This document shows, piece by piece, positions 17,150 to 29,019 of a DNA stretch of 64,000 nucleotides. Position numbers and translations under genes: made by a program. The first letter of the stretch is position 1. Each line of letters starts with the position of its first letter. Below the pieces are notes generated by a model. It made no database searches. It had not been told where the DNA came from and saw only the letters and a program-made list of their open reading frames with translations. Origin of the DNA: an uncultured Acidobacteriota bacterium (GTDB taxonomy: Bacteria; Acidobacteriota; UBA6911; RPQK01; JAPXNP01); NCBI GenBank assembly GCA_963777605.1, contig CAVZRV010000011.1:96001-160000 (forward strand), given 5' to 3'.

Positions 17150-19405
17150 CTACATCAGGTTGAGTGGATCGATATCGATCGTCAGGGTCCGCACGAGACC
17201 TTTCTCTGCCCGGAATTGTTTCCAGGAAGCGGCCAACACATCGTGCAGTTCCTGTCGATGGGTGGTCTTGATCAAAATCTGCCACCGAAACTGATTCTTG
17301 AGTTTCTCCAGAGCCGCCGGGGCCGGCCCGAGGATCCGCATACGGCTCGGACTCGAAAGCTCTGCCCGGAAGTGCTTCAGGAGATCGACAAACTTGCGGC
17401 AGGTGGCCTCACCGCGACCTGAGTTTCGGTCCTGGACGAGGATGTTGGCCAGCGCCGAAAACGGAGGGTAGCGGAACTTCTGACGCAGGTTGAGTTCCTG
17501 CCGACTGAAGGGGAAGTAATCCTGGCTGCAGGCATACTTGAGGCTGTAGTGATTCGGGTAGTAGGTCTGAATTACCACCTCACCGGGCTGCTCCCCCCGT
17601 CCCGCCCGACCGGAAACCTGGGTCAGAAGGTGGAAGGTCCGCTCGGCCGAGCGGAAATCGGACAACCGCAAGCCAGCTTCCGCGTCCAGCACACCAACCA
17701 GGGTCACCCAGGGAAAATCGTGCCCCTTGGCAATCATCTGGGTTCCGATCAGGAGGTCCGTCTTGCGGGCCGAGAAACGATCCAGGATCCGTTCCAGGCT
17801 GCCCTTCCGCTGCACCGAATCCCGGTCGAGCCGGTCGATCACGGCTCCCGGGAACTTGGACTTCAGCAACTCCTGGATTTTCTCGGTTCCCTCCCCGACA
17901 TAGAATATGTACTCCTTGCCACAGTTGGCGCATCGCGCGGGGACTGAACGACCGTATCCGCAGTAATGGCAACTCAACCTTCCCGCCGCCTGGTGGTAGG
18001 TTAAAGTGATGCTGCAGAATTGGCAGGTTTCGGTGTGACCGCAACTGCGGCAGAGAAGAAAACGGGCATATCCCCGGCGGTTGAGAAGGACGATCACCTG
18101 TTCCCGACGTTTCAACCGCTCACCGATCATCTCCAGGAGCAGCGGACTGAATACCGCCCCGCGCCCGTGCCGCTCGAACTCATTGCGCATGTCTACGATG
18201 TGGACCGTCGGCAGTTGGCGTTCCAGAATTCGGCTGCCGATCGTGATGTAGCGGTGAAGTCCCCGGTGGACGGCTGCATAGTAGGTTTCGAGCTGCGGCG
18301 TTGCACTCCCCATCACCACCAGTGCCTTCTCCAGGTGAGCCCGCTTCAGAGCCGTGTCCCGGGCATGGTAACGCGGCGACTCGTTCTGCTTGTAGGAAGG
18401 GTCATGCTCCTCGTCGATGACGATCAGCCCGAGGTTCTGGAGCGGAGCGAAAACTGCCGAGCGGGTCCCGACCGCGACCCGGGCGTCGCCCCGGCGGATC
18501 CGGCGCCATTCGTCAAAACGTTCTCCTTCCGAAAGCGCGCTGTGGAGGATCGCAACCTTCTCCCCGAACCAACTCCGGAACTGGCGGGAAATCTGGGGCG
18601 TCAACCCAATCTCAGGCACCATGACCAAGGCAGCCCGCCCCGTCTTCAGGGTGCGTTCGATCAGGTTCAGATAAACCTCCGTTTTCCCGCTGCCGGTCAC
18701 GCCGTGGACCAGGGCGCTCTGGAACTGCCCCTTTTCCAGGTCCCGGCTCAGCGACTCCAGGCAGGCTTCCTGGTCAGACGTCAGGGAGTGGCGGGTTGGT
18801 GCGTTGATTCTGTTGACTCCCCACGGCGAGCGGCGCTGTTCCACCGGCTCGATCTGGAGGAGTCCCGACTTCGCCATCCGGCTGAAGGTTTGCGGGGAGG
18901 CGACTCCTTCTTCGACCAGGTCACGAACCAGCACGGGAAGTTCCATCCGGGACACCTTAGAGAGGATGTCCAACTGTCTCCTGGTGATCGTCCCGGGATC
19001 TACCGGGGAATGGACCTCCACCACCCCTCGAAGAGTTGCCGCCGGCCAAAAGGCACTGGGATCCTGGTCGGGAGAAGCCTGCTTCGCCAGGAGACCCGGC
19101 GGCAGCATGACCCGATAGACTTCCCCCGGGGGCGCAAGGTAGTACTCGGCGAGCCATTCTCCGAGTTCGATCAGAGGAGGAGACAGGACGGGACGCGGGT
19201 CGAGAATACGGATCAGGGATTTACATCCCGCGGTCGCCGCCGAATCTTTGACAGCCACTACCAGGCCGACCAGGTGGCGGCGCTGGAAAGGGACAACCAC
19301 CCGAACGCCTATTTTCAGCCCCGGGACCAGTGATTCGGGAACCTCGTAGCTGTAGACCTTGGGAGCCGCCAGGGGGACGGCAACATCAACAAACGACACG
19401 GGCAT
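17150..19405 (-). CDS. priA: Primosomal protein N' (PriA helicase)
   Basis: GVTGSGKTEVY, DEEHD, CxxC zinc region, GTQMIAKGHDF, IDIDP; start trimmed to MPVSFVDVAVP. Confidence 0.97.
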   Translation of the reverse strand: MPVSFVDVAVPLAAPKVYSYEVPESLVPGLKIGVRVVVPFQRRHLVGLVVAVKDSAATAGCKSLIRILDPRPVLSPPLIELGEWLAEYYLAPPGEVYRVMLPPGLLAKQASPDQDPSAFWPAATLRGVVEVHSPVDPGTITRRQLDILSKVSRMELPVLVRDLVEEGVASPQTFSRMAKSGLLQIEPVEQRRSPWGVNRINAPTRHSLTSDQEACLESLSRDLEKGQFQSALVHGVTGSGKTEVYLNLIERTLKTGRAALVMVPEIGLTPQISRQFRSWFGEKVAILHSALSEGERFDEWRRIRRGDARVAVGTRSAVFAPLQNLGLIVIDEEHDPSYKQNESPRYHARDTALKRAHLEKALVVMGSATPQLETYYAAVHRGLHRYITIGSRILERQLPTVHIVDMRNEFERHGRGAVFSPLLLEMIGERLKRREQVIVLLNRRGYARFLLCRSCGHTETCQFCSITLTYHQAAGRLSCHYCGYGRSVPARCANCGKEYIFYVGEGTEKIQELLKSKFPGAVIDRLDRDSVQRKGSLERILDRFSARKTDLLIGTQMIAKGHDFPWVTLVGVLDAEAGLRLSDFRSAERTFHLLTQVSGRAGRGEQPGEVVIQTYYPNHYSLKYACSQDYFPFSRQELNLRQKFRYPPFSALANILVQDRNSGRGEATCRKFVDLLKHFRAELSSPSRMRILGPAPAALEKLKNQFRWQILIKTTHRQELHDVLAASWKQFRAEKGLVRTLTIDIDPLNLM

Positions 19406-19449
19406 CCTCGCAACCGCCGACCGGTCGACTCGTCGACGCGACCCGGGGC

Positions 19450-20190
19450 CTATCGGTAGTAACAACTCCCCCGCTCTTTCAGCGTGTCCCGAACCTTTTG
19501 CATATCGGTCCAGACCTCCCGTTTGCCGGCGGGTTTGCGGAGCAGGTAGGAAGGGTGGAATGTCGGCATCAGGAGGCTTCCACGGTACTCAAAATAGCGA
19601 CCCCTGAGACGGGAAATGGCTTCCTTGCTTCCCAACAGTGTCTGAGCAGCGTACCTGCCGAGGGCCACGATGATCATAGGATTGATGACTTCAATTTGCT
19701 TAAAGAGGAAGGGTTCGCAGCAGGCGACTTCGTCGGGCTCCGGATCCCGGTTGCCGGGGGGGCGACATTTCAGAATGTTGGCGATGTAGACCTGTTCCCG
19801 GGTAAGTTCAATCGCCCGGATGATCTTCGTGAGCAACTGCCCCGCGGCCCCGACAAACGGGATGCCCTGGGCATCTTCGTCCGCTCCCGGAGCTTCTCCC
19901 ACGAACATCAGGTCGGCGGTGGGATCGCCGACACCAAAGACGATGTTGGTCCGTCCCGCATGCAGCTTGCACCTGGTGCAGTCTCCCAAATCCTCCCGGA
20001 TCAGCTCCAGAGTAGGGTGGCCTGCTTCGGGTGTCGCCTCGACCTCGGGCTGACGCTGGTCACCCAGCGCCGCTTCTTGCAGGTCCGGGGCAGACTTTTG
20101 CTCTCGCAGATCCAGATGGGTGACTCCAATCTCGGCAAAAAACGAAAGCTGCTCGGACAGGCGGTCCCTGTCATCGCTATCATTGCTCAC
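19450..20190 (-). CDS. Uracil-DNA glycosylase family 4 (Fe-S)
   Basis: [33 protein letters not shown]; GTG start overlaps the era stop. Confidence 0.94.
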   Translation of the reverse strand: MSNDSDDRDRLSEQLSFFAEIGVTHLDLREQKSAPDLQEAALGDQRQPEVEATPEAGHPTLELIREDLGDCTRCKLHAGRTNIVFGVGDPTADLMFVGEAPGADEDAQGIPFVGAAGQLLTKIIRAIELTREQVYIANILKCRPPGNRDPEPDEVACCEPFLFKQIEVINPMIIVALGRYAAQTLLGSKEAISRLRGRYFEYRGSLLMPTFHPSYLLRKPAGKREVWTDMQKVRDTLKERGSCYYR

Positions 20191-21080
20191 GTCAACGTCA
20201 ACCCCAGATCGTCGAGAAGGGGTCCGCGGTTGCGCCACCCCGGTTCGACCTTCACATTCAGCTCCAGGTATATGCGGCCCACTTCGAGCAGTTCTTCAAT
20301 GTCCTTGCGGGCCTCGATTCCAATCTGCTTGATCATCTGGCCGGCGCGCCCGATCACGATCTTCTTCTGCCCGTCCTTCTCTACCAGGATCGAGGCCCTG
20401 ATCCGGACGAAACCCTCTTCCCGCCGGGATTCGTCGAATTCCTCGACCACCACGGCCGAGGAGTAGGGCAGTTCCTTGCGAGTGTGGGCCAGGACCTTCT
20501 CGCGCACAATCTCACCGACCATCTGACGCTCGTTCAAGTTCGTCAGGTAATCAGGCGGAAAGAGCGGATCGCCGTCGTTCAGATAGCGAAGCATCTCCGC
20601 GGTCAGCACGTCAACATTTTCTCCGGTCAGCGCCGACAGGGGAATAATCTCGTCGTAGATCCCCTGCTCGTTGTAGAACTCGATCTTGGGCAGCAGCTTG
20701 CCTTTGTTGACCAGGTCAACCTTGTTGAGAAGCAGGAACTTGCGCGGTTCTGCAGCCTTCATCATCTCGACGACGAACTGTTCTCCCTTGCCGTAGGACT
20801 GGGACGCATCCACCAGGTGCAGCACCAGGTCCACCTCCCGGATGGAGTCATACACTTCCGCCATCATGCGCTCGTTGAGCCGAAAGCCGGGCCGGTGGAT
20901 TCCCGGAGTGTCAACGAATACTATTTGGTATTCCTTTTCCGTGCGTACCCCCAGAACCCGATGCCGCGTCGTCTGCGGCTTGTCGCTGACGATCGAGACC
21001 TTGGTCCCAAGCAGGCCGTTCAAAAGAGTCGATTTGCCCACGTTGGGGCGACCAATAATAGAGACATAACCGAACTTCAT
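20187..21080 (-). CDS. era: GTPase Era
   Basis: GRPNVGKSTL, KPQTTR, DTPG, NKVD, KH-like ELPYS...VIGRAG. Confidence 0.97.
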   Translation of the reverse strand: MKFGYVSIIGRPNVGKSTLLNGLLGTKVSIVSDKPQTTRHRVLGVRTEKEYQIVFVDTPGIHRPGFRLNERMMAEVYDSIREVDLVLHLVDASQSYGKGEQFVVEMMKAAEPRKFLLLNKVDLVNKGKLLPKIEFYNEQGIYDEIIPLSALTGENVDVLTAEMLRYLNDGDPLFPPDYLTNLNERQMVGEIVREKVLAHTRKELPYSSAVVVEEFDESRREEGFVRIRASILVEKDGQKKIVIGRAGQMIKQIGIEARKDIEELLEVGRIYLELNVKVEPGWRNRGPLLDDLGLTLT

Positions 21081-21110
21081 GTGATTTCGTCCGCCGGATG
21101 AAAAAGCGTC

Positions 21111-22313
21111 TTAGCCGACCGTTACGTGTCGCGACTCCTGGAGTCGCTGTTCAATCTGGTCCCAAAGGAGCCGGGCAACGTCCTTCTTGGGTATCCGTTC
21201 GGTCTGGGTCACAATTCCGTCGGGTCCAATCAGGACAACCCGATTGTAATCGATATCAAAACCGGAATCCTCAGATGAAATATCGTTGGCCACAATCAGG
21301 TCCAGGTTCTTCTCGTGGAGTTTGAGAATTGCGTTCTCAACCAGGTTTTCCGATTCAGCGGCAAAGCCGACCAGGAACTGGTTCCGCTTCGAACGACCCA
21401 GCGACGCCAGGATGTCTACGGTCGAAACCAGGTCGAGCGACCAGGAATCGCCGCTCTTCTTGCGCTTTTGCGGGAGCGTTCTGTCCGGGCGGAAATCGGC
21501 CACGGCCGCTGCCTTGACAACCACGTCCAAATCAGCATAGCGATCCAGCACCTCGGCGTGCATCTCGTCCGCCGACCGAACGTGAACAACCGTTACTCCC
21601 TGCGGATCGGGCAATGCCACCGGCCCGGCGACCAGGGTCACTTCAGCTCCCCGACGGGCCGCTTCCTCGGCAATCGCGAAACCCATCTTCCCCGAGGAGC
21701 GGTTGGAAACGTACCGAACCGGGTCGAGATCCTCAACGGTCGGCCCGGCAGTGACCAGAATCTTCCGGCCCGATAGCGTCTTTTGCCCCTGCAGGATCCC
21801 CAAAACAGTGATGGCGATCGACTCCGGCTCGGCCAGGCGCCCCTCGCCGAACTCGCCGCATGCCTGGTAGCCGACTCCGGGCTCTATAACCCGCACCCCG
21901 CGCTGACGGAGAACTTCCAGGTTTCTCTGGGTTGCAGGATGGCGCCACATTTCCACGTTCATCGCCGGGGCCACCACGACCGGCGTTGTCGTCGAGAGGT
22001 AGATCGTACTCAAAAAGTCGTCGGCAATTCCCGCCGCGAACTTGGCAATAATATTCGCAGTTGCCGGAGCCACAAGCAGAAGATCGCTCTTCCGTGCCAG
22101 CGAAATGTGCTCGATTTCGCCCCCGGGCGTCTGGAACATTTCACAGATAACCCGGTGACCCGACAACTTCTCGAGGGTGAGTGGGCCGATGAACTGGGCA
22201 GCGCTCCGGGTCATCACCGGATATACCGCAACCCCCTGCTTCTGCAGGAGACGCAGGATCACCGGGGCCCTGTAAGCCGCAATGCACCCGGTGACTCCCA
22301 GGATCACGTTCAT
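21111..22313 (-). CDS. coaBC: Bifunctional phosphopantothenoylcysteine decarboxylase/ligase
   Basis: [51 protein letters not shown]. Confidence 0.96.
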   Translation of the reverse strand: MNVILGVTGCIAAYRAPVILRLLQKQGVAVYPVMTRSAAQFIGPLTLEKLSGHRVICEMFQTPGGEIEHISLARKSDLLLVAPATANIIAKFAAGIADDFLSTIYLSTTTPVVVAPAMNVEMWRHPATQRNLEVLRQRGVRVIEPGVGYQACGEFGEGRLAEPESIAITVLGILQGQKTLSGRKILVTAGPTVEDLDPVRYVSNRSSGKMGFAIAEEAARRGAEVTLVAGPVALPDPQGVTVVHVRSADEMHAEVLDRYADLDVVVKAAAVADFRPDRTLPQKRKKSGDSWSLDLVSTVDILASLGRSKRNQFLVGFAAESENLVENAILKLHEKNLDLIVANDISSEDSGFDIDYNRVVLIGPDGIVTQTERIPKKDVARLLWDQIEQRLQESRHVTVG

Positions 22314-22504
22314 TGAACGGCTTCCTCGAGCATCTCCCACTCGACCAGTCCTTCCATGGTTTCCTTGATCGCGATGTAAGCCGGTTTCTTCGATTTCAGT
22401 TGAAGCTTGGGAGGAGCACCGTTCTGAAGCTGCTTGGCGCGCTCGGCGGCAACCAGAATGAACCGGAACTTGCTCCCATATTCTTTCGGAATTTTCTGAA
22501 TCAT
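22310..22504 (-). CDS. rpoZ: RNA polymerase omega subunit
   Basis: SKFRFILVAAERAKQL; conserved gmk-rpoZ-coaBC order. Confidence 0.92.
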   Translation of the reverse strand: MIQKIPKEYGSKFRFILVAAERAKQLQNGAPPKLQLKSKKPAYIAIKETMEGLVEWEMLEEAVQ

Positions 22505-22727
22505 TGAATCTAAATCCTCCTGAATTTTTTTCGCGGCGGCTGGCTAGAGGCTGCCTGAGCACCCAGCAACGGAACAAGGTCCCCGGAACGCTATCGGCCT
22601 CAAACCGGGCCAACCATGTCACTGTCTTCCGCCAAGTGGCCGTCCAGTTCCCCCCGACCCGATCCTCAAATTGTGACACCACCCGAACGTGCAGCAGCGT
22701 CAACCCGGAAAAGCCCGGAACCGGCCG

Positions 22728-23363
22728 TCACTCCTTTGAAGGAGTGGGTTGGCGAAACGATTCCAGTATCGCTTCGGACTCCTCACGTCGCTGAGCAACC
22801 CGGCAGCGCATTGCGTTAATTATAGACTTAAGCTCTTCGACCGAGTCTTCCAAGACTCGGTTAATAATAACGTAATCGTATCTCCTGTAGGAGTTTATCT
22901 CATCACGGGCAATCTGGAGTCGGCGTTCGATCACGTCGTCGTCATCGAGGCCCCGTCCCCGCAGGCGTTTCTCCAACTCCTGAAACGAGGGCGGCAGAAC
23001 GAAGATCATGACGGCGTCGGGCATCAACTTTCGGACCTTGAGCGCTCCCTGGACGTCGATGTCGAGGAGCACGTCGGTTCCTCCGGCCAGTTCCCGTTCG
23101 ACGAAATCCCGGCTGGTCCCGTAGTAATTGCCGTAGACCTGGGCCCACTCGAGGAAGCGGTTTTCCTCAATCATTCTTCGGAACTCTTCCTCGGAGACGA
23201 AGAAATACTCCTTGCCATTCTCTTCGCCACCCCGCATTCCCCGCGTGGTGTGACTGACCGAGAAACGGATCGATTTGAGCTGGGGCACCACCCTCAAGGC
23301 CAGGCTGGTCTTGCCCGAACCAGACGGGGCACTCAGAATCAGGAGGTTCCCCTTATTCGACAT
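22728..23363 (-). CDS. gmk: Guanylate kinase
   Basis: SAPSGSGKT, SHTTR, NYYGT, DIDVQG. Confidence 0.97.
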   Translation of the reverse strand: MSNKGNLLILSAPSGSGKTSLALRVVPQLKSIRFSVSHTTRGMRGGEENGKEYFFVSEEEFRRMIEENRFLEWAQVYGNYYGTSRDFVERELAGGTDVLLDIDVQGALKVRKLMPDAVMIFVLPPSFQELEKRLRGRGLDDDDVIERRLQIARDEINSYRRYDYVIINRVLEDSVEELKSIINAMRCRVAQRREESEAILESFRQPTPSKE

Positions 23364-24219
23364 TTTGCACTTGCTCCCGAATCTTCTCGATCTCGGCTTT
23401 CGCCTCCACCGCGGTGGACGTCAGGTCAACCAGGCTCGACTTGGAAAGGATCGTATTCACTTCCCGGTGGATTTCCTGACAGAGGAAATCGAGATTCTTT
23501 CCAACCGAGTCCTCACCGGGCTGGGCGAGGTAGTGACGGAACCGCTCAATGTGACTGGCGAGCCGCGCGAGTTCTTCCGAGATGTCGGATCGCTCAACAT
23601 AAAAGAAGATTTCCTGGGCCAAACGGCGCTCGTCAATCTCTACCTCCGCGGCCAGCGCAGAGATCTGTTTCCTGAGCCGCTCCAGGTAGTGCTCGCGAAT
23701 CCGGCCCGCTGCAGAAGCCCCAGTCTTGGCGTGATTCTCCAGGCAGTCAAGGTGCTTCGTGATGTCCTCCTCCAGGGCCGCCCCCTCGACCCGCCGGGAT
23801 TCAGCCAACCGCCCCAGCGCCTCACGCAGGGTCTCCAGTAGAGGTTCGCGCAAGAGATCTAACGAGAGGCTGCTCCGAACCACCACACCCGGAAGACCCA
23901 GCAACCCCTCAACCGAGAGGCTTCCGGCCGCCCCCAACGCGCGCAACCGGTCGGCGGCGGTGATGTACCCCTCGACGATGGCCTCGTCCACTTTGAGCAA
24001 CTGGGGCAGGTTCGCCTGGACGTCGACGAAAACGTCGATCCGTCCACGGGTGAGAAAACGCTGAATCTCCGCCTTGAGCAAGGGTTCGATCTCGAGCCAG
24101 TCCCGAGACATGTGGATCTTGAGATCGAGAAACCGGGAATTCACCGTCTTGATGTCCACCGTTACATTCAGTCCGTCCAGCGAGCGCTCGGCATGGCCGA
24201 AACCTGTCATGCTGTTCAA
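23353..24219 (-). CDS. yicC: YicC/YloC family endoribonuclease
   Basis: [46 protein letters not shown]. Confidence 0.94.
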   Translation of the reverse strand: MNSMTGFGHAERSLDGLNVTVDIKTVNSRFLDLKIHMSRDWLEIEPLLKAEIQRFLTRGRIDVFVDVQANLPQLLKVDEAIVEGYITAADRLRALGAAGSLSVEGLLGLPGVVVRSSLSLDLLREPLLETLREALGRLAESRRVEGAALEEDITKHLDCLENHAKTGASAAGRIREHYLERLRKQISALAAEVEIDERRLAQEIFFYVERSDISEELARLASHIERFRHYLAQPGEDSVGKNLDFLCQEIHREVNTILSKSSLVDLTSTAVEAKAEIEKIREQVQNVE

Positions 24220-26041
24220 TTCGTCACCTCCAGGCCGTTTTCAATCGGCATCCGCACATCGGAGAATTGAAGTTCGTAAAGCCGCCGGTACATTCCGGAA
24301 CGGGACATCAGGACTTCGTGGCTGCCCTGTTCCACGATTCGCCCCCGATCCAGGACCACGATCCGGTCAGCCGCCCGGACGGTTGAGAGTCGATGGGCAA
24401 TTACCAGCGTGGTGCAATTCATCATCAGGTTGTGAAATGCCTGTTGGACCAGCCGTTCCGACTCGGAATCGAGAGCCGAAGTCGCCTCGTCCAAAATCAG
24501 AATCGGTGCTTTCTTCAGGATCGCGCGGGCGATGGCGATGCGCTGACGCTGGCCACCCGAGACCCGGTGACCCCTCTCCCCGATCACCGTCTCGTACTGG
24601 TCGGGCAGACCCTGAACAAAGTCGTCGATGAAAGCGGCGCGTGCGGCCTCCTGGACGTTTTCGAGTCTCTCGATGGCGGCACCGTAGGCAATGTTATTGC
24701 GGATCGTGTCGTCGAAGAGGAACGTGTCCTGGGTCACCAGGGCAACCTGCGACCGCAGCGGAACTCAGCGTGGCAGTAGAGACATCCACCCCGTCAATGA
24801 GGATCCGTCCCCTGGTCGCGTCGTAGAAGCGGGGAATCAGGTTGACCAGCGTGCTCTTGCCAGCACCGCTCATCCCGACCAGGGCCACGATCTCTCCTTT
24901 TCGGATCTCCAGGCTCACATCCCGAAGAACCGGGATATCGCCCCCTTCCGGGTAGGAGAAGTCGACGCCCTCGAACTGGATACTCCTCTCGAGTGGGGGA
25001 AGCGTAACCGCGTCGGCCCGGTCCTTCACTTCGATCCGCGTATCCAGCACTTCAAAGATCCGATGCGCCGAGGCGAGGGTCTGCTGAAAGTGAAGGTGCA
25101 TCCGCGACAGCTTTCGAATCGGTTCGTAGAGTCGAAAAAGAGCAGCCACGAAAACCACGAAAGCGCTCAGCGTGAACCCCTGGCTCAACTTATAGTTGAA
25201 GTAAAGAAGAAAGGGCACAAAGGCCACGTAGCCGATGAACTCGATCAGGGGAGAGCCCAGCGCGTTGACACGGGCGATCTTCAGGTTGGAATGAACCAGC
25301 CGATCGACCATGCGGGAAAAACGGCTGCGCTCAAAATCCTCTGCGACAAATGCCTTGACGATTTTCTGGCCCGAAATGCTCTGCTGCAGCGTGTGTGAAA
25401 TGTCCGACAGGTTCTCCTGTGAGCGAATGCTGTCCCGGCGGATCCGGCGTCCCAGCCGCAGCGTGATGACCAGTACGAGCGGAGCAATTGCAAAGGAGAG
25501 CAGGGCCAACTTCCAGTCCGAATAAAAGACCAGAGCCAGGAAAAAGAGAAGCAGGAAGATCTGCCGGAAGAAATCGGTCAAGCGTTTTCCAACAGCTTCC
25601 TGCACCCGTTCGGTGTCGGTGATTGCCCGGGCCATCAGTTTGCCCGTTGGAAACCGCGAAAAAAAGGCCAGAGATTGGTCCAGCAGGTGACTGTACATCT
25701 CCTTTCTAAGCGTGGCCACGAGCCGTTCGCCGCTGATATTCATCGTGTAGTCGGCGATGTACAGAAAAACACCCTTGAACAGCGAGAAGAGGACCAGAAA
25801 GAGTCGCGATCTTGACCAGGTAGGAATCGCCGTGCAGCCCCAGCAGTCCCTGCAGGAAGGCAAACTTGCCAGAGCCCGTCGATGCGGAAGGAACCGACGG
25901 AGCCAGTTGGTCGAAAATCGGGGCCAGCAGCATGATGATGACGGCTTCGAGGAAGCCGCTCAGAATCAGCAGCACTCCCGCCACGATCACGAGCGACAGA
26001 TAGGGCCTGACGTAAGGGTAAAGTCGACGAACTTCTTCCAT
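24216..26041 (-). CDS. MsbA-like ABC exporter (TMD+NBD), split by frameshifts near 25803 and 24760
   Basis: Three consecutive ORFs (25706-26041, 24694-25863, 24216-24737) join into [19 protein letters not shown] and [11 protein letters not shown]. Confidence 0.88.
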
Positions 26042-26183
26042 GAAATTATGTTAGTTCTGAAAAGATTCTCTCAAAACATTAACCTCCTGCCCCAGCCCGC
26101 AAATAGAGGGAATGTAAGCACTACCCTGACCTCCCCTGGACGTAGTGCAGGGAGGGCTGCTTCGGAGCCCTGCCCCATCTTTC

Positions 26184-27078
26184 TTAAACCGACTCATACT
26201 CCATGAGTTCGGCCAACCCTGCTTTCAGCGGCAGCGGTTTGAAGCCGATATCCTCACTGATTCGCGTCGAATCCAGTGAGCAGTCCTTCCCGCGCGGCAC
26301 CAGCCCGACGTCCGCCATTGAGACCGGCACAATCGTATCGACGGGCAGTCCGAAGACCTCGGCGTAGGCGAGGCCGAACTCGTATCGGCTGAGCCGTTCC
26401 GGACCGCCGAGGTGATACAGGTCCGAAGCGGGTCCTCGCTCGACCATCCGGACCAGTCCCCGCGAGACGTCACGCACGGAGATCAGGAGTACGGTACTGA
26501 TCCTTGAACAGGCGCAATTGCCGTCCGGTCACCATGTGCTCTCGCATCCAGTTCGTGAAACAGGAATGGAACGGGCTCCCGTGGGAGAACAGTTTGGCGA
26601 CTCTTACAACCACGGAACGGGGCCGTTTTCTCACCAACTGTTCTGCCTGAATCTTGGTCTCCCCATAGTAATTGACCGGGTTCGGCTCATCCAGTTCCGT
26701 GTAGTTTCCCTTTTCGCCGTCAAACACCAGATCGGTCGAAATATAGATAAACAGGCTCTCCGGCGGAGCAGTGTCAAGCAAGCGGTGCGTGGCGGTCACG
26801 TTGACTGCGTACGCTTTCGGGCGATCCTTCTCGCATTCATCCGGGAGGGTAACAGCGGCAGAGTGAACGACTACGTCGGGAGCGGCATCCTTGATGACGC
26901 CCGGGAAAGACCGTGGCTTGAGCAGGTCCAATTCCGCCACCCTGACCCTGCGGAACTGGGGCCGGTTCTGGTGATAGGTACCGACTGCTATCCATTCTGT
27001 TTCTTCCTGGAGGAACCGGCAGAAATTCCATCCGAGCACTCCACTTGCTCCGGTTACCAGGACCGACCTCTCATTCAT
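26184..27078 (-). CDS. dTDP-4-dehydrorhamnose reductase-family SDR, frameshift near 26484
   Basis: TGASGVLG, ISTDLVFDG, YYGETK, DQYRTP then ISVRDV in the adjacent frame (ORF 26184..26477). Confidence 0.85.
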
Positions 27079-27200
27079 GGCTCAACATTCTAGCCCTTCA
27101 GCGGCCTTTCTGCCTCAGTTGGTTGCCAACTGGGCATAAAATTCGAAATTGACACGCGGGTTCGAAGAGTGGAAGCTTTTCCCTATCCCAGAACCAGGAG

Positions 27201-27941
27201 ATGCCGATGAAGGTCACTAAGTCGTTGCCGCTGAGCCTGTTCCTTCTCATCACGATTTCCGTCCCCTGCCTCGCGGCGGAGGATGCACAAACCGTGATCA
27301 ACCAATACATTGAGGCGATCGGCGGGCGTGCCGCGATCGAGAAAGTCCGAACCCAGGTCACGAAGGGGACCTTCGCGCTACCCGACATGGGAATCTACGC
27401 CCCGTTTGAGACCTGCCTCGAGCCGCCGGACAAGTCCTACATGTACATCAACTTCTCCGAGGCAGCTCCGGCCTCCAACGGAGTCAACGGCGACATCGCC
27501 TGGCAGATCCACCCCATGAGCGGGCCCCAGATTCTCACCGGCGAGGATCGACTCGCCGCCCTTCGAGGCGCCGAAATCGACCCGCTCGTGGACTGGAAAA
27601 AATACTACAAGACCGCCGAGATAACAGGTCAAGAAACGATCGGTGGCCAACCCTGCACCCAGGTCACCTTCACCCCTGAAACGGGAGCCAACCTGGTTGT
27701 CTTCTTCAACAACACCACTCATCTTCTGGTCCGCATGATCGGAATCCAGGGTGGAACGAAGGCCCAAACCGACGTCTTGGACTACCGGGAGACGGGCGCC
27801 CTGAAGCAGCCCTACCGGCTTCAGGTGAAAACTCCGCAGTTCTCCTTCGAGTTCCAGGTTGACTCGATCGAGCAGAACGTCCCGATCCCGCCGGAGAAAT
27901 TCGCACTTCCACCAGAGATTCAGCGGATGGCGGACAAGTAA
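27201..27941 (+). CDS. Exported hypothetical protein (LolA-like/lipoprotein-sorting fold family)
   Basis: Signal peptide; YIEAIGGRAA, DYRETGALKQP and IEQNVPIPPEKFALP pattern. Confidence 0.6.
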   Translation: MPMKVTKSLPLSLFLLITISVPCLAAEDAQTVINQYIEAIGGRAAIEKVRTQVTKGTFALPDMGIYAPFETCLEPPDKSYMYINFSEAAPASNGVNGDIAWQIHPMSGPQILTGEDRLAALRGAEIDPLVDWKKYYKTAEITGQETIGGQPCTQVTFTPETGANLVVFFNNTTHLLVRMIGIQGGTKAQTDVLDYRETGALKQPYRLQVKTPQFSFEFQVDSIEQNVPIPPEKFALPPEIQRMADK

Positions 27942-27972
27942 CCCGCCCTTCGAGATGATATAAACTGCCGCC

Positions 27973-29019
27973 ATGATCCGAACAATCGAATGGACCGATG
28001 ACGGCGTCGTCATGATCGACCAGCGACTCCTCCCGACCGAGGAGGTCTACAACACGTATCGCACCGTGGACGAGGTGGCGGACGCCATCAAGACGATGGT
28101 GATCCGGGGGGCTCCGGCGATCGGAGTCGCCGCAGCGATGGGTGTTGCGCTGGGTGCGAAGAATTGTTCCAGTCGGGAAGAGCTGAACCGCGAATTCCCG
28201 GCAAGCTGTGAAACCCTGGCCCGGACCCGTCCGACAGCCCGCAACCTCTTCTGGGCGATCGAGCGGATGAGTGCCCTGTTTGAGTCGAAACGCGAGGCGA
28301 ATCTGGCCGAGATCCAGCGACTGATCGTCGCGGAAGCCCGGGCCATCCATGCCGAGGACATCGAAATCAACCGACGGATGGGACATCACGGACAGGAACT
28401 CCTCGAACCTGGATCGACCGTCCTCACCCACTGCAATGCGGGAGCCCTGGCCACCGCCGGATACGGCACCGCGCTCGGAGTGATTCGCGCGGCGGTCGAG
28501 TCTGGAAAGCCAATTCAGGTGTTTGCCGACGAAACCCGCCCCTTTCTCCAGGGCGCCCGATTAACCGCCTGGGAACTGCAGAAAGACGGGATCCCCTGCA
28601 CCCTGATCACCGACAACATGTCCGGCTACTTCATGAAAGCCGGCCGAATCAAGGCCGTCGTGGTAGGAGCCGACCGGATCGCCCGCAACGGTGACGTTGC
28701 CAACAAGATCGGAACTTATACAGTCGCAGTTCTCGCCCGCCAGCACGGCATTCCATTTTACGTGGCGGCTCCCCTCTCGACCATTGACCTGGAGACTCCA
28801 ACCGGGGCCGACATTCCTATCGAGCAGAGGCCCGAGGCCGAAGTCACCAGCATCAACGGAAAGCGGGTAGCGCCCGAATCTATCCAAGTCGAGAACCCCG
28901 CCTTTGACGTCACTCCAAGTGCACTGGTCTCAGCGATCATAACGGAAGAGGGAGTCGCCCGGGCGCCCTACGAAGAGTCCCTGGCTGCTCTCTACCGGGA
29001 AAAGGACGACCCGAAATGA
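27973..29019 (+). CDS. mtnA: Methylthioribose-1-phosphate isomerase
   Basis: [52 protein letters not shown]. Confidence 0.97.
   Translation: MIRTIEWTDDGVVMIDQRLLPTEEVYNTYRTVDEVADAIKTMVIRGAPAIGVAAAMGVALGAKNCSSREELNREFPASCETLARTRPTARNLFWAIERMSALFESKREANLAEIQRLIVAEARAIHAEDIEINRRMGHHGQELLEPGSTVLTHCNAGALATAGYGTALGVIRAAVESGKPIQVFADETRPFLQGARLTAWELQKDGIPCTLITDNMSGYFMKAGRIKAVVVGADRIARNGDVANKIGTYTVAVLARQHGIPFYVAAPLSTIDLETPTGADIPIEQRPEAEVTSINGKRVAPESIQVENPAFDVTPSALVSAIITEEGVARAPYEESLAALYREKDDPK

Noticed and set aside
24216-26041. MsbA-like gene as a true pseudogene or programmed frameshift
   Set aside because: All motifs are intact, there is no slippery heptamer, and many similar indels elsewhere point to sequencing error
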